A DNA stretch of 64,000 nt from NCBI GenBank assembly GCA_963801165.1, contig CAWDDT010000006.1, positions 96,001 to 160,000 of the forward strand, read 5' to 3'. The notes beneath the pieces are model-generated. The model was given only the letters and a program-made list of their open reading frames with translations. It searched no databases and was not told where the DNA came from. The stretch comes from an uncultured bacterium (GTDB taxonomy: Bacteria; Actinomycetota; Acidimicrobiia; Spongiisociales; UBA5794). The position numbers and the translations under genes were made by a program. Below, piece by piece: positions 48,797 to 59,565 of this stretch; position 1 is the first letter of the stretch, and every line of letters starts with the position of its first letter.

Positions 48797-49889
48797 GTAT
48801 CCGCCCAACAGCTCGTGGCAGGTTCGCATGATCCAGGTGTTCGTCGTCGTCCTCATCGTCATTGTCGGGTTCTTTGCCATAACGTCGCTCGCCAAGAAGA
48901 TGGCCTCCGGGATACGCAACGAGTCGACCGCGACGGTCGCCATCGAGGAGGGCCTCGAGGTCGACTTCCAGGTGCAGTCGGGCGCCACCGCCAAGGGGAT
49001 CGCCGCGGCTCTCGTCGACGCGGGGATCATCAGCGATGCCGGTGATTTTGAGAATGCCGTGAACGCGGCCGACGCGGGGAACAAGCTCAAGGCGGGCGAT
49101 TACACGCTGGTCACGGGAACGGACTATGACACGCTCATCGGCATTCTGGTGTCGGGCCCGGAGACGGTGTCCGTATACACCGTGAGAGTGATCGAGGGGC
49201 TGACGATCGACGACACGCTGGCGTCACTGGCCGAGCAGACCGGATACACCACTACCGAGCTCGCCGCGCCGCTCATCAACGGCACCGTCGATTCACCGTA
49301 CCTGCCAGACAAGGCCCCGGATGGCTACCCCGAGCTGACCCGCTGGGAGGGTCTGCTCGCTCCCGACACCTACGAGTTCCGGAAGGACGCCAGCCCCGCG
49401 GATATAGTCGGCCAGCTCGTCGATACGTTGACGAGACGGGTCTCCGAGGCCGACTGGACCACGATCGAGGACCTCGGGCTCGAACCTTATGACGGCCTCA
49501 TCATCGCCTCCCTCATCGAGAAGGAAGCCAAGCTCAACGATGAGCGGCCGACGATCGCGTCGGTGATCACCAACCGCCTCCGCGAAGGCATGGCGTTGCA
49601 GATCGACGCAACGATCATCTACGCGCTGGGGGAGAACAAGGGCGAGGTGACCAACGCCGACCTCGAGGTAGACAGCCCGTACAACACATACAAGAACACC
49701 GGCTTGCCACCGACCCCGATCGGAGGGGTGCGACTCGCATCGATCGATGCGGCGGCCCATCCGGCGGATACCAACTATTTCTACTACGTCCTCATCAACA
49801 AGGACGGAACGCACGGGTTCAGCGAGACGCTCGAAGAGCACAACCGCAAGAAGCAAGAGGCCAAGGACGCAGGAGTCCTGACCCCGTGA
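48786..49889 (+). CDS. mltG: Endolytic transglycosylase MltG
   Basis: N-terminal TM, EGLLAPDTY, ASLIEKEA, LQIDAT, SPYNTY..GLPPTPI. Confidence 0.93.
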   Translation: MTPEYPPNSSWQVRMIQVFVVVLIVIVGFFAITSLAKKMASGIRNESTATVAIEEGLEVDFQVQSGATAKGIAAALVDAGIISDAGDFENAVNAADAGNKLKAGDYTLVTGTDYDTLIGILVSGPETVSVYTVRVIEGLTIDDTLASLAEQTGYTTTELAAPLINGTVDSPYLPDKAPDGYPELTRWEGLLAPDTYEFRKDASPADIVGQLVDTLTRRVSEADWTTIEDLGLEPYDGLIIASLIEKEAKLNDERPTIASVITNRLREGMALQIDATIIYALGENKGEVTNADLEVDSPYNTYKNTGLPPTPIGGVRLASIDAAAHPADTNYFYYVLINKDGTHGFSETLEEHNRKKQEAKDAGVLTP

Positions 49890-50683
49890 GACTCGCCCTA
49901 TTCGGCTCGCCGGTGCGGCATTCGCTGTCACCGGCGATGCACCAGGCCGCCCTGGCCCACGTCGGTATCGACGGAGAGTACGTCGCACGCGACGTGGACG
50001 AGCCGGGGTTCGTCCGTGGTATCAGTGAGCTTCGTGATGGCGAGCTCGACGGCGCAAATGTGACCATGCCGCACAAGGTGCTCGCCTACCGATGCTGTGA
50101 TAAACGCACAGAGCTTGCCGAGCGGGCGGGAGCAGTCAACACGCTGTCACGTGCCGGCGCCGCCGTGGTCGGCGACAACACCGACGTGCTCGGCATCCGC
50201 GAGGCATGGCGTTGGGCAGGACTGCCCGAGAACGACCCGGTGACGATTCTGGGCGCCGGGGGGGCTGCCGCCGCGGCGCTGCTCGCGCTCGGGGGGAGAC
50301 GTCTTCAGATCATGGCCCGGAGCGCCGACAAGGCATTAGCCCTGTTGAACAGAACCGGAGTGGCCGCTGACGTGTGCGCATGGAACGAGACACCCACATT
50401 TGACGGAGTGGTTCTCAACGCCACCCCTATAGGCATGCGGGGGGAGCGTCTGGACGACCGCCTGCTCGCAACCGCAACGGGTCTGCTCGACCTGGCATAC
50501 GGCGACACCGTCACACCCGCGGTCGTCGTCATGCGGGAGAGCGGCCGGCCGGTTGCCGAGGGTCTCGACATGTTGATCGGCCAAGCCGCAGCCAGCTTTC
50601 GGATCTGGACCGGGCGAACTGTCGCGCCCGACGTCATGAGGGCCGCAGCTCAACGCGAGTTGGCGCGCCGGCGGGCCGGCTGA
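49886..50683 (+). CDS. aroE: Shikimate dehydrogenase
   Basis: GSPVRHSLSP, NVTMPHK, AVNT, NTD, GAGGAA, NATP. Confidence 0.92.
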   Translation: MRLALFGSPVRHSLSPAMHQAALAHVGIDGEYVARDVDEPGFVRGISELRDGELDGANVTMPHKVLAYRCCDKRTELAERAGAVNTLSRAGAAVVGDNTDVLGIREAWRWAGLPENDPVTILGAGGAAAAALLALGGRRLQIMARSADKALALLNRTGVAADVCAWNETPTFDGVVLNATPIGMRGERLDDRLLATATGLLDLAYGDTVTPAVVVMRESGRPVAEGLDMLIGQAAASFRIWTGRTVAPDVMRAAAQRELARRRAG

Positions 50684-51363
50684 TGGTTGTCGCGGTCGGC
50701 GTGATTCTGCGATCCGCGGCGGTCGCCGGTGGAGTGCTCATCGGGATCATCGCGGTGGGACTGGCACAGCTGATTCCAATCCGAATGGGTAAGACGGAGC
50801 GCCCGCGGTCGACGACCTGGTGGCTCGGTGCGGCAGCAGTGGCGATCGGATTCGGTTGGGTGGCGGCGACGGACGGCTGGGCATTCTTGCCCGCATATCT
50901 CGCGTTCGGTGCGACCACGCTGGCCGTGACCTTGACCGACATCGACCACCAGCTCATCCCGAATCGGATCCTGTTTCCCGGTCTGGGGGTGGCGGGCGTG
51001 CTGCTCGCCCTCGGTGCGCTCGTCGACGGCTCCGCCCGTGATTTGGGCAGAGCGGTGATCGGTGCGCTCATCTATTTTGCGTTCCTCCTCCTGGTGGGAC
51101 TCGTTGCGCGAGGCGGGTTCGGGATGGGTGATGTGAAACTCGCTCTGCTGCTCGGGCTGTTTCTCGGGTTCGTCGGCTGGGATGCGCTCGGCGTGGGGTT
51201 CTGCGTCGGGATCCTGCTCGGCGGCGTGGCCTCACTTCTATTGCTGGTTTTCACCAAACGGGGCCGCCGCGCCAAGTTCGCCTACGGGCCGTATATGGTC
51301 ATGGGGGCCTGGATCGGCCTGTTCTGGGGACCACAGATAGCCAACTGGTATCTGGGCGGCTGA
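50683..51363 (+). CDS. A24 family prepilin peptidase
   Basis: TDIDHQLIPN, GMGDVKL, FAYGPYM; multiple TM helices. Confidence 0.88.
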   Translation: MVVAVGVILRSAAVAGGVLIGIIAVGLAQLIPIRMGKTERPRSTTWWLGAAAVAIGFGWVAATDGWAFLPAYLAFGATTLAVTLTDIDHQLIPNRILFPGLGVAGVLLALGALVDGSARDLGRAVIGALIYFAFLLLVGLVARGGFGMGDVKLALLLGLFLGFVGWDALGVGFCVGILLGGVASLLLLVFTKRGRRAKFAYGPYMVMGAWIGLFWGPQIANWYLGG

Positions 51364-51433
51364 GCCTAGGTCGCAACAGTGTGCTTGGACATGGCCGATC
51401 GCACGTCGGTCGAGGCGCCTACTATTCCTTCCC

Positions 51434-52588
51434 ATGTTGCGTTTCCTGACAGCAGGCGAATCCCACGGTCCCGGCTTGGTGACGGTCGTCGAAGGTCTCC
51501 CCGCCGGATTAGCGGTGACCGCAGAAGGCATCGCGGCCGAGCTGGCGCGGCGGCGGCTCGGCTACGGTCGGGGTCGTCGCATGACGCTCGAGAAGGACGA
51601 GCTCGAGATCATGGGCGGTGTGCGGTTCGGAAAGACGTTGGGCAGCCCGGTCGCAGTGATCGTGCGCAACACGGAATGGCCGAAGTGGCAGGAGGAGATG
51701 TCGCCCGGGCAGGGGGTGAGCCGGCGTCCCCTCGAGACCCCTCGGCCCGGGCACGCCGATCTCGCCGGGATGGTCAAGTACGACACCCGTGATGCCAGGG
51801 ACATCCTGGAGCGGGCCTCGGCACGGGAAACCGCCGCCAGGACGGTCGTGGGTTACCTGGCGAAGCAGCTAGTCGGCACCATCGGCGTCGGGATCGTGAG
51901 CCACGTGGTTGCCATAGGGACAGTCGCTTCACCCGACGGCGCCGTCCGCCCCCAGCCATCGGACCTCGATGCCATCGATGAATCGCCTGTGCGGTGCTTC
52001 GACGCCGCCACGGCGGAGGCGATGGCGGCCGCCATCGAGAGCGCCAAGGAAGACAGGAACACGCTCGGTGGGGTGTTCGAGGTGCTGGCCTATGGGCTGC
52101 CGATCGGGCTCGGCTCACACGTGCATTGGGACCGCCGTCTCGACACGGCACTGGCAGCCGCGTTGATGTCGATCCAGGCCATCAAGGGCGTCGAGGTCGG
52201 CGATGCGTATGAGGTTGCCCGTACTCCCGGTAGCTCTGCGCATGACGAGATCTTCCACGGCGAGGAGGGATTCTTCCGCAGCACAAACCGGGCGGGTGGC
52301 CTCGAAGGTGGGATGACGATTGGAGACGTGCTCCGGGTTCGGGCGGCGATGAAGCCGATCTCGACGGTGATGCGGCCGCTCGACACCGTCAACGTGGTGA
52401 CGAAGGAGGCGGACAAGGCGTTCCGGGAGAGGAGCGATGTGTGCGCTGTGCCGGCTGCGGCGGTTGTCGGCGAGCAGATGGTGGCCTTCACGTTGGCCAA
52501 CGAAGTGACCCGCAAATTCGGCGGGGACACGGTCGCGGAGCTCGTCGGTTCGGTGGCTGCCTACCGCAAACACATCGCGGAGTTCTGA
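51434..52588 (+). CDS. aroC: Chorismate synthase
   Basis: MLRFLTAGESHG, PRPGHAD, ERASARETA, AMKPIST. Confidence 0.97.
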   Translation: MLRFLTAGESHGPGLVTVVEGLPAGLAVTAEGIAAELARRRLGYGRGRRMTLEKDELEIMGGVRFGKTLGSPVAVIVRNTEWPKWQEEMSPGQGVSRRPLETPRPGHADLAGMVKYDTRDARDILERASARETAARTVVGYLAKQLVGTIGVGIVSHVVAIGTVASPDGAVRPQPSDLDAIDESPVRCFDAATAEAMAAAIESAKEDRNTLGGVFEVLAYGLPIGLGSHVHWDRRLDTALAAALMSIQAIKGVEVGDAYEVARTPGSSAHDEIFHGEEGFFRSTNRAGGLEGGMTIGDVLRVRAAMKPISTVMRPLDTVNVVTKEADKAFRERSDVCAVPAAAVVGEQMVAFTLANEVTRKFGGDTVAELVGSVAAYRKHIAEF

Positions 52589-53635
52589 GTGATCCCCACC
52601 CACGCACTCACCGACGAAGCAGGTCGTGCATGTGAGATCTACGTTGGGCGCGCCATCGCGGGGTGCGATTCGCTGCTGCTCGACGGTGTCTCCCGGGTCG
52701 CCGTGCTCACCCAGCCGGCGGTGTCCCGGCTGGCCGCCGCGATCGCCGACGAGGCCGACGGTCGCGGCGTCGCTGCGTCCGTCAAAGTACTGCCCGATAG
52801 GGAGGACGCAAAGAGCCTGCGAACGGTGGAGACTGTCTACGAGTGGCTCAACACGCTCGGTTTCACGAGAAGCGACATGATTATCGCCGTCGGGGGCGGT
52901 GCGACCACTGATCTCGCCGGCTTCACTGCGGCCACCTACCTGCGTGGCATCGAGGTCACGTACCTGCCGACAACGCTGCTCGGTGCCGTAGATGCAGCCA
53001 TCGGCGGCAAGACAGGGGTGAACGTCGGAGGCAAGAACCTGGCGGGAGTGTTCCGGCATCCCGCCCGGGTGGTGGTGGACCTCGATGTGCTCGGCCTGCT
53101 TCCCGACGAGCTCCTCCGCGAAGGTGCGGCCGAGACGGTCAAGGCCGGGTTCATTGCCGATCGTGCCATTCTCGGGGAATACGAGGCGAACGGTCTAGCC
53201 GCGTCGCTCGATGTTGTCGTCCCTGCGGCAATCAGGGTGAAGGTCGAGACGGTGACCAATGACTTCCGCGAGACGGGCCAACGGGCAGTTCTGAACTACG
53301 GGCACACCATCGGCCACGCGGTCGAGCTCGTCGCGGGCATCAGCCACGGCCATGCGGTAGCGATCGGCATGGTCGCCGCGGGCCGGGTGTCGGCACTCAT
53401 GACCGGCTTTGCCCATGAGGACCGCCAGCGTCAGATCATCGCCCATATCGGGTTGCCGACGGCTTCGCCTCCGGTGGACCCGGCCGCGATCATGGCGTTG
53501 GTAGGCCGCGACAAGAAGCGGGACGCTTCGGGGGTCAGGATGGTGGTTCTGGAGGACTTCGGCAGGCCCGACGTCGTGCCCGTCGACGACGAGTTGCTCG
53601 AGAATGCCCTGGCCGCCATCGGCCTGGGTAGCTGA
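52589..53635 (+). CDS. aroB: 3-dehydroquinate synthase
   Basis: GGGATTDLAGF, PTTLLGAVDAAIGGKTG, LNYGHTIGHA, HGHAVAIG, DKK. Confidence 0.93.
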   Translation: MIPTHALTDEAGRACEIYVGRAIAGCDSLLLDGVSRVAVLTQPAVSRLAAAIADEADGRGVAASVKVLPDREDAKSLRTVETVYEWLNTLGFTRSDMIIAVGGGATTDLAGFTAATYLRGIEVTYLPTTLLGAVDAAIGGKTGVNVGGKNLAGVFRHPARVVVDLDVLGLLPDELLREGAAETVKAGFIADRAILGEYEANGLAASLDVVVPAAIRVKVETVTNDFRETGQRAVLNYGHTIGHAVELVAGISHGHAVAIGMVAAGRVSALMTGFAHEDRQRQIIAHIGLPTASPPVDPAAIMALVGRDKKRDASGVRMVVLEDFGRPDVVPVDDELLENALAAIGLGS

Positions 53636-53692
53636 TTCGGCTGGTGATTCGGGTCGTGTTTCGGGTCGTGATTCGGGTCGTGTTTCGGGTGG
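53633..53692. repeat. 12-bp tandem repeat x5 (TG[A/T]TTCGGGTCG) starting at the aroB stop codon
   Basis: Units at 53633, 53645, 53657, 53669, 53681. Confidence 0.88.
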
Positions 53693-53726
53693 TGTATCGT
53701 CGCGACATTCAATTGTTGGAGACGAT

Positions 53727-54782
53727 TTGTACAACGAGCGCATAGCAAGGCTTCGCGAGGCAATCGAGCATCCGCTGCTTGTCACATTCCTGCCCAACAT
53801 CCGCTACCTGACCGGATTCACGGGGTCCAGTGCCTACGTTCTGGTGACACCCGATCGCTTCGTATTCGTCACAGACGGTCGGTACGCCGAGTTGGGTGCC
53901 CGGCTCATGAAGGACGTCGCAGGGGGAGAGCTCGTGGAATACCGCTCGGGGCTCAACGACGTGTTGGTGGAGCAATTCGCCGGTGAGAAGCACGTGGGCC
54001 TCGAGGCGAGCAGCGTCACCTGGGCATTTGTCCATGGTCTCAAGAGCAAGACGGATTCGGTTCTCGACACCACTCACGGGGTTGTCGAGACGCTGCGCAT
54101 GGTCAAGGACGACGCCGAAATCGCCGCTCTCCGTGCGGCCGCGGCGGCAGGGGATTCGGCATTCCGGACCGTCCGCGATCTCGCGCCCGCGGCCCGGAGC
54201 GAAGGCGACCTGGCCTGGAGTCTGATCAACGCGATGCGCGACGCAGGTGCCGCGCAGGCCGGCTGGCCGCCCATCGTGGCGGCGGGGCCCCACGCAGCCC
54301 TGCCGCACCATCTCTCCGAGCAGGAACCCGTCGGAGATGGGCTGCTGCTGCTGGACTACGGGTGCATCGTGGATGGCTACCACAGCGACATGTCACGGAC
54401 GATCTGGCTCGACGGGGAGCCAGACGACGAGATCGTCCGCATACACCAAGCGGTACTCGAGTCGCAGGAAGCCGGGATCGAGGCGGTGCGGCCCGGTGTC
54501 ACCGGGCACGAGGTGGATGAGGCATGTCGTGTGGTGCTGCGCAAGTACGGCTACGAGGAGCAGTTCGTCCACAGCACCGGTCACGGCGTAGGTCTCGAGA
54601 TCCACGAGGGCCCGCGGCTCGCCCGCAACTCGGAGGACGTTCTCGAACGCGGCCATGTTGTCACGGTCGAGCCGGGCGTGTACGTTCCTGGGTTCGGGGG
54701 TGTCCGGATCGAGGACATGGTGGTTGTTCGAGACGACGGCCACGAAGTATTGACGAAGTCGGAAAAGGGCCTTGACGCATGA
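53727..54782 (+). CDS. pepQ: Xaa-Pro peptidase (M24 family)
   Basis: [20 protein letters not shown]...[34 protein letters not shown]; TTG start after GGAGA. Confidence 0.88.
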   Translation: MYNERIARLREAIEHPLLVTFLPNIRYLTGFTGSSAYVLVTPDRFVFVTDGRYAELGARLMKDVAGGELVEYRSGLNDVLVEQFAGEKHVGLEASSVTWAFVHGLKSKTDSVLDTTHGVVETLRMVKDDAEIAALRAAAAAGDSAFRTVRDLAPAARSEGDLAWSLINAMRDAGAAQAGWPPIVAAGPHAALPHHLSEQEPVGDGLLLLDYGCIVDGYHSDMSRTIWLDGEPDDEIVRIHQAVLESQEAGIEAVRPGVTGHEVDEACRVVLRKYGYEEQFVHSTGHGVGLEIHEGPRLARNSEDVLERGHVVTVEPGVYVPGFGGVRIEDMVVVRDDGHEVLTKSEKGLDA

Positions 54783-55339
54783 TCTCAACCAACGACGTTC
54801 GAGCCGGTATGGCGCTCAATCTCGATGATGGGCTGTTCCAGGTAGTGGAGTACCAGCACACCAAGCCGGGGAAGGGCAAGGCGTTCGTCAAGATGAAGCT
54901 CAAGAACCTCGACACCGGCAGTCTGGTGGAACGGACGTTCCGGGCGGGCGAGAACGTCCAGGACGCCAAGATCGATCGCCGCGACTTCCAATACCTCTAC
55001 CGCGACGACATGGGCTTCCACTTCATGGACGCCGAGACCTACGAGCAGATGGCGGTTCCCGAGGAGCTGATTGCCGACGCCGCCAACTATCTCAGCGAGG
55101 GAATGACCGCACAGCTCCACGTCTTCGAGGGCAACCCGATCGGTATCGAGCTTCAGGCCTCCGTGGAGCTCGAGGTCACTTATGCCGAGCCGGGAGTCAA
55201 GGGTGACCGGGTCTCAGGTGCCACCAAGCCTGTGACGCTGGCGACCGGTTTCGTGGTCCAGGTTCCCCTCTTTGTCAATGTGGGCGACGTCATCAAGGTC
55301 GATACCCGCACCGGCGAATACATCACCCGTATCTCGTGA
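54779..55339 (+). CDS. efp: Elongation factor P
   Basis: [28 protein letters not shown]. Confidence 0.97.
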   Translation: MISTNDVRAGMALNLDDGLFQVVEYQHTKPGKGKAFVKMKLKNLDTGSLVERTFRAGENVQDAKIDRRDFQYLYRDDMGFHFMDAETYEQMAVPEELIADAANYLSEGMTAQLHVFEGNPIGIELQASVELEVTYAEPGVKGDRVSGATKPVTLATGFVVQVPLFVNVGDVIKVDTRTGEYITRIS

Positions 55340-55716
55340 CCAGGCAGCCGGCTCGGGATCAAGCGCTGCTGGCTCTCTATGCGGCCGATATGACCGGCAC
55401 CGAGCCGGATCTGACCGATCTCTCGGCGCGCGCCCGGCGCTATGTCGAAGGCACCAGGCGGGAGCGCAACGCGCTGGACGAGGCGATTTCGGCTGTCGCC
55501 ACCGGGTGGCGGTTGGAGCGAATGCCGGCCGTCGATAGGAACATCATCCGGCTTGCCCTCTTCGAGCTGCGCTCCGGTCAGACGCCTATCGGTGTCGCCA
55601 TAAACGAGGCGGTGAACCTCGCAAAGCATTACTCGACCGAGCGGAGCGGTGCCTTTGTCAACGGGGTGCTCGCCAGGCTGGCCGCCGCGGGGGAGACTGC
55701 AGGCCCCGAAGAATAG
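55336..55716 (+). CDS. nusB: Transcription antitermination factor NusB
   Basis: WRLERMPAVDRNIIRLA, VAINEAVNLAK, FVNGVL. Confidence 0.94.
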   Translation: MTRQPARDQALLALYAADMTGTEPDLTDLSARARRYVEGTRRERNALDEAISAVATGWRLERMPAVDRNIIRLALFELRSGQTPIGVAINEAVNLAKHYSTERSGAFVNGVLARLAAAGETAGPEE

Positions 55717-55785
55717 GGGCCCGGCCCGGATGCTGCTAGGGTCACCGCTCGGTGCCACCGCGCTGGCGGCACCGAGTATTACCAA

Positions 55786-55820
55786 CCTTTAAGTCCGGTC
55801 CGGTGAGGCCGGGAAGGAAG
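55786..55820 (+). promoter_or_regulatory. PyrR binding site (pyr leader RNA)
   Basis: CCTTTAAGTCCGGTCCGGTGAGGCCGGGAAGG matches the UUUAA...GUCC-NGNGAGGC PyrR operator pattern; directly upstream of pyrR. Confidence 0.75.
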
Positions 55821-55844
55821 GAGAACACGATGTATCGAGCATCG

Positions 55845-55878
55845 GCCGCGCCCGAGTCGGGCGTGGCTTTCGTTTATT
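55845..55878 (+). terminator. Intrinsic terminator/attenuator in the pyr leader
   Basis: GCCGCGCCCG-AGT-CGGGCGTGGC 10-bp stem followed by TTTCGTTTATT. Confidence 0.65.
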
Positions 55879-55885
55879 CGCCCGG

Positions 55886-56440
55886 GTGGTCACGATGCGT
55901 CTCGTGATGTCCGGCGAGGACATGTCCCGGGTGTTGCGCCGGATCGCCCATGAGATCATCGAGAAGAACCGCGGCGTTTCGAACCTGGTCGTGGTCGGTA
56001 TCCGCACCAGGGGCGGGCCGCTGGCCGAACGGCTGGCGGCGCTGTTGGAAGAGATCGAAGCGACCAAGGTACCCAGCGGGATCGTCGACATAGGCATGTA
56101 CCGCGACGACATCGACACGCGTCCCCACATAGAGCTCGGTCCCACCGAGGTCCCGGGCGATCTCGACGGCAGCACGGTGGTCCTCGTTGACGACGTGCTC
56201 TTCACCGGCAGGACTATTCGCGCCGCCCTCGACGCCCTCGCCGATATGGGTCGAGCCGCCGTCGTGCAGCTGGCCGTGATCGTCGACCGGGGCCACCGGG
56301 AGTTGCCCATCCGCGCCGACTTCGTCGGGAAGAACCTCCCGACGTCACACAACGAGCACGTCACAGTGTTGGTGGCCGAAATCGACGGTGAAGACGGGGT
56401 GTGGATCGAGGGGTCCGATGACGAGGGGAGTGACAGATGA
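55886..56440 (+). CDS. pyrR: Bifunctional pyr regulator/uracil phosphoribosyltransferase PyrR (start 55886, 55895 or 55907)
   Basis: [48 protein letters not shown]. Confidence 0.95.
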   Translation: MVTMRLVMSGEDMSRVLRRIAHEIIEKNRGVSNLVVVGIRTRGGPLAERLAALLEEIEATKVPSGIVDIGMYRDDIDTRPHIELGPTEVPGDLDGSTVVLVDDVLFTGRTIRAALDALADMGRAAVVQLAVIVDRGHRELPIRADFVGKNLPTSHNEHVTVLVAEIDGEDGVWIEGSDDEGSDR

Positions 56441-57357
56441 AACACATGCTGACCATGGAGGGGGTTGACAAGCCAACACTCGACAGTTTGCTCAACGACG
56501 CCGACGAGTTCTTCGAGGTGATGCATCGCCCGATTCCCAAGGTTCCGGCGCTGCGCGGCAAGACGGTGGCCACGATGTTCTTCGAGCCCTCGACTCGCAC
56601 CAAGCTTTCATTTGAGCGAGCCGCCAAGGCATTGTCCGCCGACATCCTCTCGTTTTCCCCCGGCACATCGTCCTTGAAGAAGGGGGAGAGTCTCAAAGAC
56701 ACGGTTCTGACGGTCAAGGCCATGGGTGCCGACTTGATGGTGGTCCGACATTCCTCGACCGGGGCGGCGTGGCGGGTGGCCGAGTGGACCGGTCTTCCGG
56801 TCGTCAACGGCGGCGACGGTTGCCACCAGCACCCCACCCAGGCACTGCTCGATTCGTTGACGCTGCGCCAGCATTTCGGCAGTCTGGAGGGTCTGCGTAT
56901 TGCCATCGTCGGGGACATCCGGCATTCCCGTGTGGCGCGCTCGGATGTGTGGGCCTTCTCGACGCTTGGTGCCGGCGTGACGCTGATCGCCCCTCCCACA
57001 CTGCTTCCACCCGACATGACCGGGTGGCCGGCCGCGGCACGGACCGATTTCGACGAGGTGCTCGACGAATTCGATGCGATCTACTTGCTGCGGGTCCAGG
57101 CCGAGCGCGGGGGCGCCTCCGTGTTCCCGTCGGTCGCGGAGTACCGGGAGCGTTTCGGGATGACCGATGCCCGGTTCAACCGGCTGAAGCCCGACACCAT
57201 CGTCCTGCACCCGGGTCCGATGATCCGGGGTATCGAAATCGACAGCGGCCCCGCCGACGATCCGCGCTGCAAGGTGTTGAGTCAGGTGACAAACGGCGTC
57301 GCGGTCCGCATGGCCGTGTTGTTCCAGCTGCTCGGAGGGACAAGAGAGCATGAGTGA
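56437..57357 (+). CDS. pyrB: Aspartate carbamoyltransferase catalytic subunit
   Basis: [28 protein letters not shown]. Confidence 0.97.
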   Translation: MKHMLTMEGVDKPTLDSLLNDADEFFEVMHRPIPKVPALRGKTVATMFFEPSTRTKLSFERAAKALSADILSFSPGTSSLKKGESLKDTVLTVKAMGADLMVVRHSSTGAAWRVAEWTGLPVVNGGDGCHQHPTQALLDSLTLRQHFGSLEGLRIAIVGDIRHSRVARSDVWAFSTLGAGVTLIAPPTLLPPDMTGWPAAARTDFDEVLDEFDAIYLLRVQAERGGASVFPSVAEYRERFGMTDARFNRLKPDTIVLHPGPMIRGIEIDSGPADDPRCKVLSQVTNGVAVRMAVLFQLLGGTREHE

Positions 57358-58642
57358 GATCACGTTTCAGAACGCTTTGATAGTCACAGGTGCGGACGAG
57401 GCTCCGCGGGTCGGTGACGTGGTTGTTGCCGACGGGCATATCGTTGCTGTCGGCGAGAACCTGGACGTGCGCGGGGACGTCGTCGATTGCTCCGGTAGCT
57501 GGCTCGGGCCTGGTTTCGTTGACGTCCACACCCACCTGCGTGAGCCCGGCCAGGAGTGGAAGGAGGACATCGCCACCGGGTCGCGGGCGGCCGCCAAGGG
57601 CGGCTACACGGCAGTCGTGGCTATGCCCAACACCGATCCTGCCATCGACGCCGGCCATCTCGCCAGGTTCGTGGCAGACCGCGGTCGTCAGGTCGGTCTT
57701 GTTGAGGTGGTTCCCGCCGGTTGCATCACGGCCGGACGGCGAGGCGAGAAGCTCGCACATCTCGATGAGTTGTGCGGCGCCGGGGTGCGGATCTTCACCG
57801 ACGACGGGGATACGGTTGCCGACGCCGGTCTGCTGAGGAGGGCGATGGACTACCTGGCGGAGCGCCATGCGGTCGTCGCCCAGCATTGCGTCGACCCCGG
57901 TCTCGCCGCGGGCGGTCAGGTTCATGAGGGCGAGGTGTCGTCTCGTCTCGGTATGACCGGGGTGCCCAGCGAAGCTGAGGAGATCGTGATAGCCAGGGAC
58001 ATCGCATTGGCACGGCTCACCGGAGTGAGCTACCACGCACAGCACGTCAGCACCGCAGGCGCCGTCGCGCTGGTCGCGGCCGCCAAGGCTGAAGGGCTGC
58101 CCGTTACCGCAGAAGTGACGCCACACCATCTGTTCTTCGATCACACGTACGTGGAGGACACCGACCCGCTCTACAAGATGATGCCCCCGCTGCGGGCACC
58201 GTCGGACGTGGCTGCTGTACGCGAGGGCCTACGCAACGGCACCATCGATATGGTGGCGACCGATCACGCCCCGCATGCGGACCACGAGAAGGACCACGCC
58301 TGGGAAGAGGCCCCGTTCGGGGTGACCGGGCTGGAGTGGGCGGCCGCGGTCGTCAACACGATCGTCGATCTGCAACCGGCCGACTTCTTCCGGGTAATGG
58401 CGGCGGCACCCGCCCGGCTCGCCGGCCTGGCGACGCAGGGCCGGGTGGAGCCGGGGCAACCCGCGAACCTCGTGGTCTTCGATCCGAAAGGATTGTGCGA
58501 GACGACAGGCACGGTGTCGCGGAGCGCGAATTCCCCATACCTCGGGCGGGCTCTGACGGGCGCCGTCGCGCACACCATGTACCAGGGACGCTTCACGATC
58601 CGGTCCGGCGCTCTCGTCGAGCCGGTGGGAGTCGGGGGGTGA
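57350..58642 (+). CDS. pyrC: Dihydroorotase
   Basis: DVHTHLREPG, MPNT, EVTPHH, PPLR, ATDHAPH. Confidence 0.95.
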   Translation: MSEITFQNALIVTGADEAPRVGDVVVADGHIVAVGENLDVRGDVVDCSGSWLGPGFVDVHTHLREPGQEWKEDIATGSRAAAKGGYTAVVAMPNTDPAIDAGHLARFVADRGRQVGLVEVVPAGCITAGRRGEKLAHLDELCGAGVRIFTDDGDTVADAGLLRRAMDYLAERHAVVAQHCVDPGLAAGGQVHEGEVSSRLGMTGVPSEAEEIVIARDIALARLTGVSYHAQHVSTAGAVALVAAAKAEGLPVTAEVTPHHLFFDHTYVEDTDPLYKMMPPLRAPSDVAAVREGLRNGTIDMVATDHAPHADHEKDHAWEEAPFGVTGLEWAAAVVNTIVDLQPADFFRVMAAAPARLAGLATQGRVEPGQPANLVVFDPKGLCETTGTVSRSANSPYLGRALTGAVAHTMYQGRFTIRSGALVEPVGVGG

Positions 58643-59565
58643 CGACGGCCACCACCGACCATATGGGGACGCGACTGGGGAACTTAGACCTCAGGTCGCC
58701 CCTGATCGCTGCCTGCGGAACAGTGGGGTCGGTGGTGGACTTCGCCGCGGTGACCGACCTGGCAATTTACGGGGCAGCGGTGGCCAAGTCTGTGAGCGGT
58801 ACACCATGGCCGGGGCGGCAGCCGCCCCGGGTCGCGGCGACCGGTACCGGGATGCTGAACGGGATCGGGATACAAAACCCCGGTGTCGATGCCTGGGTCG
58901 AGGAGATTGGCCCCGGGCTGGAATCGCTGCCGGTCCCCGTGTGGGGGTCGGCAGTTGGCCGTGATGCGGATGAGTACGCCCGGGTTGCCGGGCACCTCAG
59001 CAGCAGTTCCGTCGCGGCAGTGGAGGTGAACCTGTCCTGCCCGAACCTGGAGAACGGGAGGATGTTTGCCCTCGATGCGGGGCCAGCCGCGGCCGTGGTG
59101 CGGGCAGTTAGGGCGGCCACGACGCTTCCCATCGGTGCGAAGCTGACCCCCAACTCGGAGGACATCGTGGCGGTCGCCGCGGCCGTGGCCGAGGCGGGAG
59201 CGGATTGGGTTGTCCTCGGCAACACGGTCTGGGGTGCGGGTTTCGACATAGAGACCAGACGTCCGCTGCTCTCGGGCGTCGTCGGCGGGTATTCGGGTGC
59301 ACCGATCAAGCCGATTGCGTTGCGGTGTGTGTGGGAGGTGTCTCGGGCACTCCCTGGTCTTCCAATCGTTGGCATCGGGGGGGCGGGCAGCGGCGCCGAC
59401 GTCGTCGAGTTTCTCCTCGCCGGGGCGTCCGCGGTCGGGATTGGAACCGCGCACTTCGCCAGCCCGAGGATCGGCACACGCATCATTGCTCAGCTGCATC
59501 GCTACATGAGCAAGCACGGGGTGCGGTCGCTAGGTGAGTTGATTGGAGCCGTGGAACCGTGGTGA
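58639..59565 (+). CDS. pyrD: Dihydroorotate dehydrogenase (family 1)
   Basis: GMLNGIGIQNPG, EVNLSCPN, KLTPN, GGYSG..IKP. Confidence 0.93.
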   Translation: MTTATTDHMGTRLGNLDLRSPLIAACGTVGSVVDFAAVTDLAIYGAAVAKSVSGTPWPGRQPPRVAATGTGMLNGIGIQNPGVDAWVEEIGPGLESLPVPVWGSAVGRDADEYARVAGHLSSSSVAAVEVNLSCPNLENGRMFALDAGPAAAVVRAVRAATTLPIGAKLTPNSEDIVAVAAAVAEAGADWVVLGNTVWGAGFDIETRRPLLSGVVGGYSGAPIKPIALRCVWEVSRALPGLPIVGIGGAGSGADVVEFLLAGASAVGIGTAHFASPRIGTRIIAQLHRYMSKHGVRSLGELIGAVEPW

